DNA of 64,000 nt, taken from contig CAWHWQ010000008.1 in assembly GCA_963833095.1 (NCBI GenBank), positions 64,001 through 128,000 on the forward strand, read 5' to 3'. The position numbers were made by a program, and so were the translations under genes. The notes beneath the pieces were generated by a model, which worked only from the letters and a program-made list of their open reading frames with translations, had not been told where the DNA came from and ran no database searches. Of the stretch, positions 44,528-54,586 are shown one piece after another. The stretch's first letter is position 1; each line of letters begins with the position of its first letter. The stretch is from Vulcanimicrobiota bacterium (lineage in GTDB: Bacteria > Vulcanimicrobiota > Vulcanimicrobiia > Vulcanimicrobiales > Vulcanimicrobiaceae).

Positions 44528-46015
44528 ATGCGTGCGCGCGATACCTGGGTGCTGCTCGCGACGATCGTCGGGTCGAGTCTTGCGTTCATCGACGGAACCG
44601 TCGTTTCACTCGCGCTTCCCTCGGTTCAACGAGAGTTTCATGCGAGTGCGGGCGATGTCGCATGGATCGTTGAGCTTTACACGCTCGTGCTCGGTTCGCT
44701 GATGCTGCTCGGCGGCGCGCTCGCCGACCGCTATGGGCGCAAGCGCATCTTTATTCTCGGCGCGGTGCTTTTTGCGTGCGGCTCCATCGGGTGCGCGTTC
44801 GCGTGGTCGATCCCATCGATGCTCGTCACTCGCACGCTGCAAGGATTCGGTGGCATGTTGGTTGCACCGGCGAGCTTAGCAATTCTGGGAAATCACTTTC
44901 AGGGTGATGCGCGAGGACGCGCGATCGCGGCATGGTCAGCGTTTAGTGCCCTGACCTCGACGCTTGGGCCCGCGCTCGGCGGCGCGTTGATCGACAGCTT
45001 TGGATGGCGCTCAGTCTTTTGGATCAACGTTCCGCTGGTCGCCATCGTTATCGTGCTCGCCCTGCGTCACGTGGATGAAAGCCGCAACAGCGATGCACCG
45101 AAAGAGCTCGACATTCTTGGGGCGATGCTGGCGACGTTTGGACTCGGCGGCGTGACCTACGCTCTGATCGCCGCAAGCGCGAGCGGCTGGGCTCACGCCG
45201 GCGTCGAGTCGTCGCTGTTCGGCGGCATCGTGCTGCTAATACTCTTCGGCATCAGAGAGCGACGGGCGAGCGCGCCGCTGGTGCCACCGAGCATCTTTGC
45301 CTCGCGCACCTTCGGCACGATCAACCTTGCTACGCTGCTTCTTTACGGCGCGCTCAGCGCGCTCTTCTATGAAATTCCGTTCGCTATGATCCAAGCGCAC
45401 AACTACAGCGCCTTTCAAACGGCGATTGGAATGTTGCCCATGCTGCTGTGCCTGGTGGTCCTCGCCCGTTTTGGCGCAGCCCTCGCGCAACGTTTCGGCT
45501 ACCGCATCGTGCTTACCGTCGGGCCGGCAGTCGTTGCTGCCGGTTTCGCGCTACTCGCCCTACTCGAGCCGCAGCGCGGCTATCTTTTTGCATTCTTCCC
45601 CGGATTGCTAGTGGTAGGCGTCGGCATGGGCATAACGGTCGCACCGTTGACCACTGCGGTGATCAGCGCGGCCGACCCGCGCCACGTTGGGATTGCATCC
45701 GGCATCAACAACGCCGTTTCGCGGATCGCGGGGCTGCTCGCGGTCGCCGCGATTACCGTTTTGGTCGCTACAATCTACAACGCGTCAATCGACCGAGCGC
45801 TCAACCTGATGCATGCCTCGAGCAGCGCGCGTGCGAAGGTTGATTTGCAGCGCGATCGTCTCGGCGGCGCGCATTTCAACGACCCAATGCTTCAGCGCGA
45901 TTCAATCGTCGCGTTCGAAACCGGCTTTCGCGGTGTCGCCGTCGCGTGCGCGATCCTTGCCGCGCTTGCCGCGTTAGCCGACGCGCTGGGAATCGAGGAA
46001 CGGAGACTCCGTTAG
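44528..46015 (+). CDS. DHA2 MFS transporter
   Basis: IDGTVV.LALP; GALADRYGRKR; WRSVFWINVP. Confidence 0.92.
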   Translation: MRARDTWVLLATIVGSSLAFIDGTVVSLALPSVQREFHASAGDVAWIVELYTLVLGSLMLLGGALADRYGRKRIFILGAVLFACGSIGCAFAWSIPSMLVTRTLQGFGGMLVAPASLAILGNHFQGDARGRAIAAWSAFSALTSTLGPALGGALIDSFGWRSVFWINVPLVAIVIVLALRHVDESRNSDAPKELDILGAMLATFGLGGVTYALIAASASGWAHAGVESSLFGGIVLLILFGIRERRASAPLVPPSIFASRTFGTINLATLLLYGALSALFYEIPFAMIQAHNYSAFQTAIGMLPMLLCLVVLARFGAALAQRFGYRIVLTVGPAVVAAGFALLALLEPQRGYLFAFFPGLLVVGVGMGITVAPLTTAVISAADPRHVGIASGINNAVSRIAGLLAVAAITVLVATIYNASIDRALNLMHASSSARAKVDLQRDRLGGAHFNDPMLQRDSIVAFETGFRGVAVACAILAALAALADALGIEERRLR

Positions 46016-47077
46016 CCCTCGCTCGACCACGGGCGACGCCGGCACGCGTAGCTCGCGCGCGATCACGTCCGCAGCGTCATCAGCCGCTCCATCGAACGCG
46101 TCAACCGTCGCCGCAAGGGCGAGCAACGCGTCGGCATGGGCGCTGCGGATCTCGCTCGCGCGCAGTCCGTCGGCACCTTTGGACGCCGCGGCGCGCGCAT
46201 TCGTAAAATCCACGGTAACGCCGGTCGATGCCAACAAGAAGTCCCCGATGTTCTTGCGATAGGTCATGGATTCGCCGAGGGCACCCACGTGGATCGTCGC
46301 ATCGACGTGCAACAGGGATTTGCACGCGCTCACCAGCCAAAACGCCAAATAACTCCGATAGAGCGCCACCGCGGTCGAGGTTTGGACAAAGCGCTCGCAT
46401 TGCTCGTAGCTTCGCTCGAACGACCTCCGGCGCAATGGTCGAAGACGCGCGCCGAGGCGCATTGCAACCTGCGCCACCATCGGCTCGGAGAGATGCCGCG
46501 CGAGAATCGCCAGCGGAGCAGCGAGAAAATACGGGTTCCCATTCTCGGCTTGGCGCCATGCCGAATTCCACTGCGCGACGGGATCGCGCAGCACCGCTAC
46601 GTGCAGCGCGTTCGGAAAATGCGCGCGCATCCACGCGACACGTCCGTGCGAACGGCAGAATTTCAGGACGGGAAGTTTGCCCGAGCTGTGTGCGAGATCG
46701 ACGAGTTGCGAAAGATAGGCCTGCAAGCGCGGCTCGCGCTCGTGCCTCGCGAGGAAAAAGCGGTCGAATGCAAATGAGCGATGATACCGAGCGATGCCGC
46801 GGCGCGCAAGCAGGGGGATGAACTCCTGAAAATACGGCGGCCCGTCGGGATGATGCGAGTTCCACTCAGCCGCGCGTTCGCGCCGGATCCCCTCGAGTTT
46901 TATATCCTTGAGCAGCTCGTGCAACGGCTCGTAGAAAGCCATTACGCCGGGATTCGCCCGAAATTCACTCCAAATCCACGTTCCCGTACTGCGCCAACCG
47001 CTGTGGATGAACACCGCATCGCAGGCCGGCGAAAGACGCTTGGGGGAAGGGACGTCGTATCCGGCTCTGGCTGACAC
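45974..47077 (-). CDS. Sulfotransferase-like protein
   Basis: FIHSGWRSTGTW (5'-PAPS loop-like), FYEPLH, LRDPVAQWNS (3'-PB-like). Confidence 0.7.
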   Translation of the reverse strand: MSARAGYDVPSPKRLSPACDAVFIHSGWRSTGTWIWSEFRANPGVMAFYEPLHELLKDIKLEGIRRERAAEWNSHHPDGPPYFQEFIPLLARRGIARYHRSFAFDRFFLARHEREPRLQAYLSQLVDLAHSSGKLPVLKFCRSHGRVAWMRAHFPNALHVAVLRDPVAQWNSAWRQAENGNPYFLAAPLAILARHLSEPMVAQVAMRLGARLRPLRRRSFERSYEQCERFVQTSTAVALYRSYLAFWLVSACKSLLHVDATIHVGALGESMTYRKNIGDFLLASTGVTVDFTNARAAASKGADGLRASEIRSAHADALLALAATVDAFDGAADDAADVIARELRVPASPVVERGLTESPFLDSQRVG

Positions 47078-47130
47078 CGACTCTCCACAAATTGGCGCTC
47101 GACTGCTTCGCGCAGCCTTTCTATGTAGCT

Positions 47131-47200
47131 ACGATACGCCGCCGGCTGAAAGTTTGTTGAGAGTTTTTCGGTTAGAAACGAACCTGAGAATTGACTTAAA
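47131..47200 (-). promoter_or_regulatory. Two tandem hexamer pairs plus -10
   Basis: Minus strand: TTTAAG-N5-TCTCAG, N21, TCTCAA-N5-TTTCAG, 9 nt, TATCGT. Confidence 0.55.
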
Positions 47201-47201
47201 A

Positions 47202-48453
47202 TCAGGGGACGTCGAAGCGCGCCGTCAATTCGTGCACGCGCCCGCGCAACTTTTCGACATTGGTCTCATTGCCGATATCGCCAAACGCATCCAGCATGAT
47301 GCGCGCGACCTCGCGGCAGTCGTCTTCGCCGAAGCCGCGCGACGTAATCGCCGGCGTTCCGATGCGGATGCCGCTCGCGACCATCGGCTTTTGCTGATCG
47401 AACGGGATCGCGTTCTTGTTGACGGTGATGCCGATCTCGTCGAGGTAGGCCTCGACTGCTTTTCCGGTGAGGCCCTTCACCGACACGTCGACGAGCATCA
47501 GATGCGTGTCGGTGCCGCCGGCAACCAAGCGCAAGCCGCCGCGCACGAACTCCTCGGCCATCGCTCGCGCGTTGGCGATCACACTCTGCTGATAGGTCTT
47601 GAACGACGGCTGCAGCGCTTCGCCAAAGGCGACGGCTTTGGCGGCGATCGTGTGCATCAACGGTCCGCCTTGAATGCCCGGGAAAACGCTCTTGTCGATC
47701 GCTTGCGCGTAAGCTGCCTGTGCACAGAATGAAGCCGCCGCGCGGACCGCGCAGCGTCTTGTGCGTGGTCGAGGTGACGAAATCCGCGAGCGGCACCGGT
47801 GAGGGATGCAGTCCGACCGCGACGAGCCCCGCGATGTGCGCCATATCGACCATGAGCGTCGCGCCGATCTCGTCGGCGATCTCGCGGAACGGCGCATACT
47901 CCATCGTGCGCGGATACGCGCTCGCGCCGGCGATGATCATCTTCGGTTTGTGCTCGCGCGCCAGCGCCCGCACTTCGTCGAAATCGATCAGTTCGGTGTC
48001 TTTGCGTCACGCCGTACGCGACCGCGTTGTAGAGCTTGCCGCTAAAGCTGACTTTGGTGCCGTGCGTGAGATGGCCGCCGTGCGCGAGCGACATGCCGAG
48101 CACCGTATCGCCGGGCTGCAGCTGCGCCATGAACACGGCCATGTTGGCTTGCGCGCCGGCGTGCGGTTGCACGTTGGCGTGATCGGCGCCGAAAAGTTTC
48201 TTGACCCGATCGATCGCGAGATTCTCGGCAACGTCGACCCATTCGCATCCGCCGTAATAGCGCTTGCCCGGATAACCCTCGGCGTATTTGTTGGTCATCA
48301 CGCAGGCCATGGCTTCGCGCACGGCGCTGCTGGCGTAGTTCTCCGAGGCGATCAGCTCGAGGTTCTCGTTTTGGCGCCGTTCCTCGCTGGCGAATCGCGC
48401 GAATAGACTTCGGGATCTTGGGCTTCGATCTGCGACGGGGTCAGAATATCCAT
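47202..48453 (-). CDS. glyA: Serine hydroxymethyltransferase (frameshifted)
   Basis: [43 protein letters not shown]. Confidence 0.97.
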
Positions 48454-48455
48454 GG

Positions 48456-48985
48456 TTAAAGCAATTCCTTCGGCGTAGCGGCGCCGGTGACTTCGCCGAA
48501 TTCAACGGCTTTGAGCGTCCGTTCGCGTTGCGCGTCGCCGAACTCGAAGAGTTGTTCGACGCGATGCTTGTGGCGCGCCCCTTCGGGTGTATCGCCGTCA
48601 AATGGTGCGTCGCATGAACACGTCGACGAGACGCTCGATCATCTCCCAGCCCGTTAGACGTTCCGAAAGCGCTAGGACGTTGGCATCGTTGTGACGGCGC
48701 GCGAGTTCCGCCGAGAGCGGTTCGGTAACGATCGCGCAGCGAACGCCCGGCACTTTGTTCGCGGCGATCGAGATGCCGATACTCGATCCGCAGACCACGA
48801 TGCCACGCTCGGCCTGCCCGCTCGCGACGGCCTCGCCGACGGCGTAGCCATATTGCGGATAATCGACCGGCGTCGCGTCGTGCGTACCGAAATCGATGAT
48901 GACGTGGCCGCGCATCGCGCAACATCTGCGCGATGCGATCTTTGTATTCGTAGCCGGCATGATCGGCGCCGAGGGCTATACGCAT
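48456..48985 (-). CDS. rpiB: Ribose-5-phosphate isomerase B (frameshifted)
   Basis: [31 protein letters not shown]. Confidence 0.92.
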
Positions 48986-49134
48986 GGCTTCGATGTTCAA
49001 GCCGCCCAGGGGAATCTCTGCCGGGCAAGTGCGTTTATGCGGCACTTCGGGCGCGGACAGCCGCAGGATGCGGCTGTAGGAACGCAGCGCAGGATGCGCG
49101 GGGGCGTTCCTTGCCTAGGGCGAAGCGCCGTTAC

Positions 49135-49842
49135 ATGAAACTGGGCTGTACGAGCGGCGCATTTTACCGAGTTTTCGAGAGCGGCGATCTCACGCAGCTT
49201 GAATTTCTCGATGCCGCCGCACGCGAAATGGGCTGCGACGGCGTGGTTTTGGACGACCGGCATTTTCCGCGGACGGACGCCGACTACCTCGCCCAACTCA
49301 AGAAGATGGCCACTGACCTCGGCCTATGCATCGCGGCGCTCGCAAGCGACGACTTTTTCACCGGCGATGAAGGGGCGATGCGCGCTGCAATCGATCGCGC
49401 ACTGGCGCTGGGCGCACCGTTGCTCGCCGGACGCCTTGGCGCCGTGACCGCGCTCTCGTGGAGCGAACAGCTCGGCAAACTCGGCACCGCGTCGGCACTC
49501 GCCAAGTCGGCGAACGTCACCCTCGCGCTGCGCAATGCGGCGCACACCTTTGCCGCGAGCGCGCATGATTGTAAGCGCGTCACCAAAGAAACGGATTCGG
49601 CGTGGCTACGATATGGGCTTGATCCAGCGGCATTCGACGCGACAAGCGACCTGCAGTCGCTCGCGTCAAAAGCCGTCTTGCTTTGGTGGGATGCACAGAC
49701 GGAGCCAAATCCAGGAGGCTGGCAAGCCTTCCGCGGCTTCGTGGTGCTCGATCGCGCGACGGGCGATGCAACGTCTTCAGAAATGACAAACGCGATCTCC
49801 CGTTGGAAGATCGCGCGTAATCTAGAACTCAACCGCACGTAG
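49135..49842 (+). CDS. Xylose-isomerase-like TIM-barrel protein
   Basis: MKLGCTS..F; GCDGVVL; LALRN in place of the usual LAxEN. Confidence 0.7.
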   Translation: MKLGCTSGAFYRVFESGDLTQLEFLDAAAREMGCDGVVLDDRHFPRTDADYLAQLKKMATDLGLCIAALASDDFFTGDEGAMRAAIDRALALGAPLLAGRLGAVTALSWSEQLGKLGTASALAKSANVTLALRNAAHTFAASAHDCKRVTKETDSAWLRYGLDPAAFDATSDLQSLASKAVLLWWDAQTEPNPGGWQAFRGFVVLDRATGDATSSEMTNAISRWKIARNLELNRT

Positions 49843-50015
49843 CGTCTTCCATGCGAGGCAACTGAACCTGCGGTCTCGCAGGTGGGTGCGGCCCGGGCGC
49901 TGGTCTGGGCAGGCACGAGGCCCAAGCCCTATCATCGTATCCGGAGCTTATGCTCCCTAGGTATCCAAGTCGGTTCGGCACCTATAGCATGTTGCGCGCT
50001 AGGCGCAGTCGAGCC
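49826..50015 (-). ncRNA. ssrS: 6S RNA
   Basis: About 190 nt; closing stem GGCUCGACUGCGC/GUGCGGUUGAGUU; GAACCGAC..GGGAGC and GCACCCACCUG..GGUUCA blocks resembling Bacillus 6S-1. Confidence 0.82.
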
Positions 50016-50081
50016 TTACTAACGTACCATTGCCCGTCAAGGCCTTGACACGGCACGAGCAGCGCGGGATGGAGAGGCACT

Positions 50082-50561
50082 ATGCTTCTCTCTCCCCCAC
50101 TCGTCCGCCACGGAACGCTGGCCGTTCCTGCGCCCGATGACACGCTCTACGAACAGGCCAAAACGTATCTTTCGCGCGATCCCGCTGAGGCAAAGCTCTT
50201 TGCGGAGCTCGAGCACTCTCCCGATGGCCGGCAATACGAGTTGACGATCAACAACCGCAACGACGATCACTTCGATCCCAACGATGATGAAATCGCCTGG
50301 GATCCCTATAGCGCGCTGCGTACGACCAACGGCGGGCGCCAATCGCCCGCGCTTGGCCTTGGACACGAAGTCGATCACGCGGTCGAGGATCCGCGCATCG
50401 CAGACCGATTGCGCAATGCGCCCGATCCCCGCTACGACAACGCCGAGGAACGGCGCGTGATCACCGGAAGCGAACGCCACGCCGCGCGCGCGCTGGGCGA
50501 ATCGGTCCGCTTCGATCACGCCGGTCGTACGTACCGCGTTAGTTCTCCCGTGATGAGGTAA
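50082..50561 (+). CDS. HExxH zinc metallopeptidase, M91/polymorphic-toxin-like
   Basis: SPALGLGHEVDH...YDNAEE...E...LGE..R; GGAGAGG SD. Confidence 0.7.
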   Translation: MLLSPPLVRHGTLAVPAPDDTLYEQAKTYLSRDPAEAKLFAELEHSPDGRQYELTINNRNDDHFDPNDDEIAWDPYSALRTTNGGRQSPALGLGHEVDHAVEDPRIADRLRNAPDPRYDNAEERRVITGSERHAARALGESVRFDHAGRTYRVSSPVMR

Positions 50562-50565
50562 TCAT

Positions 50566-50952
50566 ATGAACGACATGCTGCTAGCAGTTGCTATCGCCGC
50601 GACCGGTGTCACGAGACTCGAAATCGATCACGTACCGAACAACGTCACGTATCGTGCCGCGCTCACGCCAAACGAGGTCGACGAGCGCGCGCGCATTCGC
50701 GTTGAGTCGCGCGATCCCGCGATGGTCGCCGGCATCGTCGCCGCGATCGAACGCACCGGCGCCAGCAACGATACCCGTCAAGCCGACCTGCGCTACGCTA
50801 TTCGACTCCGCAATGCGCGAGGCTCCACGCGCGCCATCATCTACCTCGACGCATTCGGAGAACATGGCATCGTTGACGGACGCCGAGTCCGCTTCTCAAG
50901 CGACGCGATCAAACGCGCGATCGTTGCCGCCTTTCCGGCGCTGAGGAATTGA
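50566..50952 (+). CDS. Hypothetical protein, candidate immunity/inhibitor
   Basis: GAGG SD; 4 nt after the peptidase stop; short hydrophobic N-terminus. Confidence 0.6.
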   Translation: MNDMLLAVAIAATGVTRLEIDHVPNNVTYRAALTPNEVDERARIRVESRDPAMVAGIVAAIERTGASNDTRQADLRYAIRLRNARGSTRAIIYLDAFGEHGIVDGRRVRFSSDAIKRAIVAAFPALRN

Positions 50953-50976
50953 CACGCGCGCGCAGAATGCGCTCGC

Positions 50977-51993
50977 ATGGCCCTTTCGCTCTCGCTCGCT
51001 CCGCTCGACCTGGCGCTCAAACATCCGTTTAAGATCGCGCGCGGAGAGGAAACCGTTGCCCACAGTGTGCTCTTCCGTCTGCGCGACGGCGACCTCGAGG
51101 GGTTGGGTGAAGCCACACCGGTCGAGCGCTATCACGAATCGCCGGACAGCGTGGCGTACTACTTTGCGCATCACCCACTCGTCTCGCAGGACCCCTTTGC
51201 GCTTGAAACGCTGATCGAGCGGCGAATACCACCGGCGGCGCGCGCGGGTCTGGATCTCGCGCTCTACGATCTGATGGGGAAGCGCCTGGGCGTGCCGCTC
51301 TATGCGTTGCTCGGACTCGATCCGGCGCGTACGCCGCACACCTCGTTTACCATTGGCATCGCCGACCCGGAAACGACCCTGCGCAAACTCGCCGAGATCG
51401 GCGATCATCCGGTGCTCAAGGTCAAGCTGGGTTTGGGCACCGCGCGCGAGCAGATCGAAACGATCGCGGCGATTCGCGACCGCTATACCGGCACGATTCG
51501 CGTCGACGCGAACGAGGGCTGGACCGTCGACCGCGCGATCCCCATTCTCAACGAACTCGCGCGCTACGACATCGAATTTTGCGAACAGCCGATTCCGGCT
51601 GGCTCGCCGCACGGACTGCGCGCTATTCGCGAGCGATCCAGGATCCCGATCGTCACCGATGAGGATTCGCTGGATGCGCGCGATCTGCCGGCGCTGATCG
51701 GATGCGTCGACGGCGTCAACGTCAAGCTCGCTAAGACCGGCGGAATTCGCGGCGCGCTCGCCATGATTGCGACCGCGCGAGCGCTCGGGTTCAAGGTCAT
51801 GCTCGGCTGCATGGTCGAGAGCGCGATCGCATCGACGGCCGCCGCGCACCTTTCGCCGCTGGTTGACTGGGCCGACATCGATGGTCCATTTCTCACCGCA
51901 GACGACCCGTTCATCGGCGTACAGTACGATCGCGGCAAGCTCGTGCTTCCGAGCGAACCGGGTCTCGGCGTGCGCGAACGCGTCGCCGCATGA
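50977..51993 (+). CDS. Dipeptide epimerase / N-acetyl-D-Glu racemase (enolase superfamily)
   Basis: LKVKLG, VDANEGW, EQP, TDED, NVKLAKTGG, GCMVES, DIDG. Confidence 0.92.
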   Translation: MALSLSLAPLDLALKHPFKIARGEETVAHSVLFRLRDGDLEGLGEATPVERYHESPDSVAYYFAHHPLVSQDPFALETLIERRIPPAARAGLDLALYDLMGKRLGVPLYALLGLDPARTPHTSFTIGIADPETTLRKLAEIGDHPVLKVKLGLGTAREQIETIAAIRDRYTGTIRVDANEGWTVDRAIPILNELARYDIEFCEQPIPAGSPHGLRAIRERSRIPIVTDEDSLDARDLPALIGCVDGVNVKLAKTGGIRGALAMIATARALGFKVMLGCMVESAIASTAAAHLSPLVDWADIDGPFLTADDPFIGVQYDRGKLVLPSEPGLGVRERVAA

Positions 51994-53045
51994 AACGCCG
52001 TTACGCGATCCTCGCGCCCGAGCATTTCGCAACCGACGCCAAGACCGCGCACGGTGTCATCGCCTACGGCGCTGATGAGACGGTTGCGGTGATCGATCCG
52101 CAGGACGCCGGCAAGAGAGTCAGCGACGTGCTTCCGCACGTGCGCAGCGACGCACCGATCGTCGCAAGCGTCGCGGAAGCGTTGCGCTACGAGCCCACTG
52201 CGCTCCTAATCGGCACCGCGCCCAGAGGCGGCGCGCTTCCGGCGTCGTGGCGATCGGAGATTCTCGCGGCGATCGCCGCCAAGATGGAAATCGTGAGCGG
52301 CCTGCACGACATGCTCGGCGAGGATCAAGAATTCAAGCTCGCAGCGCAACGCGCAGGCGTACGCATTTGGGACGTGCGCGAGCCACCCGATACGCCGCTT
52401 TTTTCCGGCGCAGTGTACGCCGTTGCAGCGCCCACCTTGCTTTTGGTCGGAAATGATTGTGCGGTCGGTAAGATGACCGTTGCGCTCGAACTGTGCAGCG
52501 CCGCGCAGCGCGCCGGCAAACGCGCAACCTTCGTGCCGACCGGACAGACCGGCATCATGATCGCCGGCTGGGGTATTTCAGTCGATCGTGTTATCGCCGA
52601 CTTTGCGCCTGGCGCAACCGAATCGCTGGTTCTCTACGCCGCGCAGTCGAAACCGGACCTGATCGTGGTCGAAGGGCAGGGTGCGATCAATCATCCAGCC
52701 TACGCGCCCGTTACGCTCGCGTTAATGTACGGTGCCGCACCCGACACGTTGGTGCTCGTGTGCGATCCCGTGCGCGAGCGCATCGGCGGCTACAACACGC
52801 CGACACTGGGCTATCGCGAATTGATCCGCCTTCATGAAGCGTTGCTGGCGACGGTGAAGCCGGCGCGCGTCGTCGGCATTGCGCTGAATACGCGCAATCT
52901 CGACGACGATGCCGCGCGCGCGCAGATCGAGCGGGCGCACCGCGAGACGGGTCTTCCTGCCGACGACGTCGTGCGCTACGGACCGGATGCGCTCTATGCG
53001 GCGATCGCGCCCGAAATGCGCAAAGAAAAACCGTGTATCGCCTAA
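51990..53045 (+). CDS. DUF1611 family protein (DgcN-like)
   Basis: AKTAHG, SGLH, VGNDCAVGKMT, TGQTG, VEGQG. Confidence 0.9.
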   Translation: MKRRYAILAPEHFATDAKTAHGVIAYGADETVAVIDPQDAGKRVSDVLPHVRSDAPIVASVAEALRYEPTALLIGTAPRGGALPASWRSEILAAIAAKMEIVSGLHDMLGEDQEFKLAAQRAGVRIWDVREPPDTPLFSGAVYAVAAPTLLLVGNDCAVGKMTVALELCSAAQRAGKRATFVPTGQTGIMIAGWGISVDRVIADFAPGATESLVLYAAQSKPDLIVVEGQGAINHPAYAPVTLALMYGAAPDTLVLVCDPVRERIGGYNTPTLGYRELIRLHEALLATVKPARVVGIALNTRNLDDDAARAQIERAHRETGLPADDVVRYGPDALYAAIAPEMRKEKPCIA

Positions 53046-54586
53046 TCGCGCTCGTGATGCTCGCGCTGCTTTGCGCGTGCTCGCGGCCGTCGTCGATTCC
53101 GGGCGTGCTACGTTTGGGGGAGCAAAACGAGCCCGATTCGCTCAATTTGATGTTCGGGCATTCGGCGGCTACCGATGAAATCGACGCGCTGCTCTTCACC
53201 CATCTGTTTCGCTTCGATGCCAACGGTACTATGATTCCTGATCTTGCGCTTTCCGTACCGACAACGCGCAACGGCGGCATCAGCTCCGACGGCCGCACAA
53301 TTACCCTGCATCTACGCCACGGCGTCAGTTGGTCGGATGGCGCACCGCTCACGGCTGCCGATTGGCTCTTCACCTATCACGCGGTGCTCAATCCGCGTAA
53401 CAACACAAAGTCAAACTACGGCTGGGATGCAATCGCGTCTGCGTCGGCGCCGGACCCGTACACGCTGATCATTCATTTGAAGAAGCCCAGCGTTGCGGTG
53501 CTCGGCATCCTCGGGATGGGCGGCGACGCGTATCCGCCGCTGCCGGCGCATTTGCTCGCATCGCTTCCGGATATCAATCGCGCGCCGTTCAACGAGCATC
53601 CGATTTCCAGCGGTCCGTACCTGCTCCAAGCCTGGAATCACGGCTCGTCCTTGATCTTCGTTCCCAACCCGCACTACTGGCGTGGCGCGCCAAAACTCAA
53701 AGAACTCGTCTGGACCCTCATTCCCGACAGCAACTCGATGCTTGCAGCGCTGCAGACGCACGCCATCGACATCTATCCCACCGTCGACGTGAATGCCGTC
53801 GCGGCACTTTCCAAGATTCCCGGAATCCGCGTGCTGCATCGCTCGGTTGCGAATTGGCGGCATCTCGGGATCAATATGAGCAAGCCCGGCCTTTCCGACC
53901 TGCGCGTGCGCCAGGCGATTGCGATAGGCATCGACTGGAAGCGTCTCAACGATACGGTCTATCACGGGATCAACCGGCTCGCCGTGTCCGACATCTTTCC
54001 AGACTCGTGGGCCGCGCCGTCGTTGCCGGCGTATCGTTACGATCCGACTCGCGCGCGCGCCCTGTTGGCAGCCGCTGGGTACGGCCCGGCGCATCCGTTG
54101 CACCTCAGTGTCTCCGCCACCGTTTCGGCTAAGAGTAACCAAGACGCGGAGCTCGTGATGCAATCCGATTTGCACCCGATCGGCATCGACTTGTCGATTC
54201 ACAATTATCCGGGCAGCGTGCTTTTTGCGCAAGATGGTCCGATGTATAAGGGCACCTACGATCTCGAGTGGTCAATCGATACCAACGGGCCCGATCCCGA
54301 CAACTCCCCCGACTGGAATTCGGCGTTCATTCCGCCCAAAGGCGCAAATACGTCGTGGCTGCGCGACCCGATCGTCGATCGCACCAGCGCTGCGGCCGCA
54401 GCGACCTTCGATCAAGCAGCGCGCAAACAGCTTTATCAAGAGGAAGAAGCGCGCATCCGTGCCCTCGTCCCGGCCGTCTTCTTCTATTGGGAGACCGCGT
54501 ACTATGGCGTGAGCGACGACGTGCGCGGTTTCAAGCCCGGCGCGTATATCGGCGACACGTGGAACGCTTGGGAGTGGAGCATCTGA
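53033..54586 (+). CDS. Peptide ABC transporter substrate-binding lipoprotein (family 5)
   Basis: Lipobox LCAC; PDLA; LRHGVSWSDGAPLTAAD; PISSGPY. Confidence 0.92.
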   Translation: MYRLIALVMLALLCACSRPSSIPGVLRLGEQNEPDSLNLMFGHSAATDEIDALLFTHLFRFDANGTMIPDLALSVPTTRNGGISSDGRTITLHLRHGVSWSDGAPLTAADWLFTYHAVLNPRNNTKSNYGWDAIASASAPDPYTLIIHLKKPSVAVLGILGMGGDAYPPLPAHLLASLPDINRAPFNEHPISSGPYLLQAWNHGSSLIFVPNPHYWRGAPKLKELVWTLIPDSNSMLAALQTHAIDIYPTVDVNAVAALSKIPGIRVLHRSVANWRHLGINMSKPGLSDLRVRQAIAIGIDWKRLNDTVYHGINRLAVSDIFPDSWAAPSLPAYRYDPTRARALLAAAGYGPAHPLHLSVSATVSAKSNQDAELVMQSDLHPIGIDLSIHNYPGSVLFAQDGPMYKGTYDLEWSIDTNGPDPDNSPDWNSAFIPPKGANTSWLRDPIVDRTSAAAAATFDQAARKQLYQEEEARIRALVPAVFFYWETAYYGVSDDVRGFKPGAYIGDTWNAWEWSI

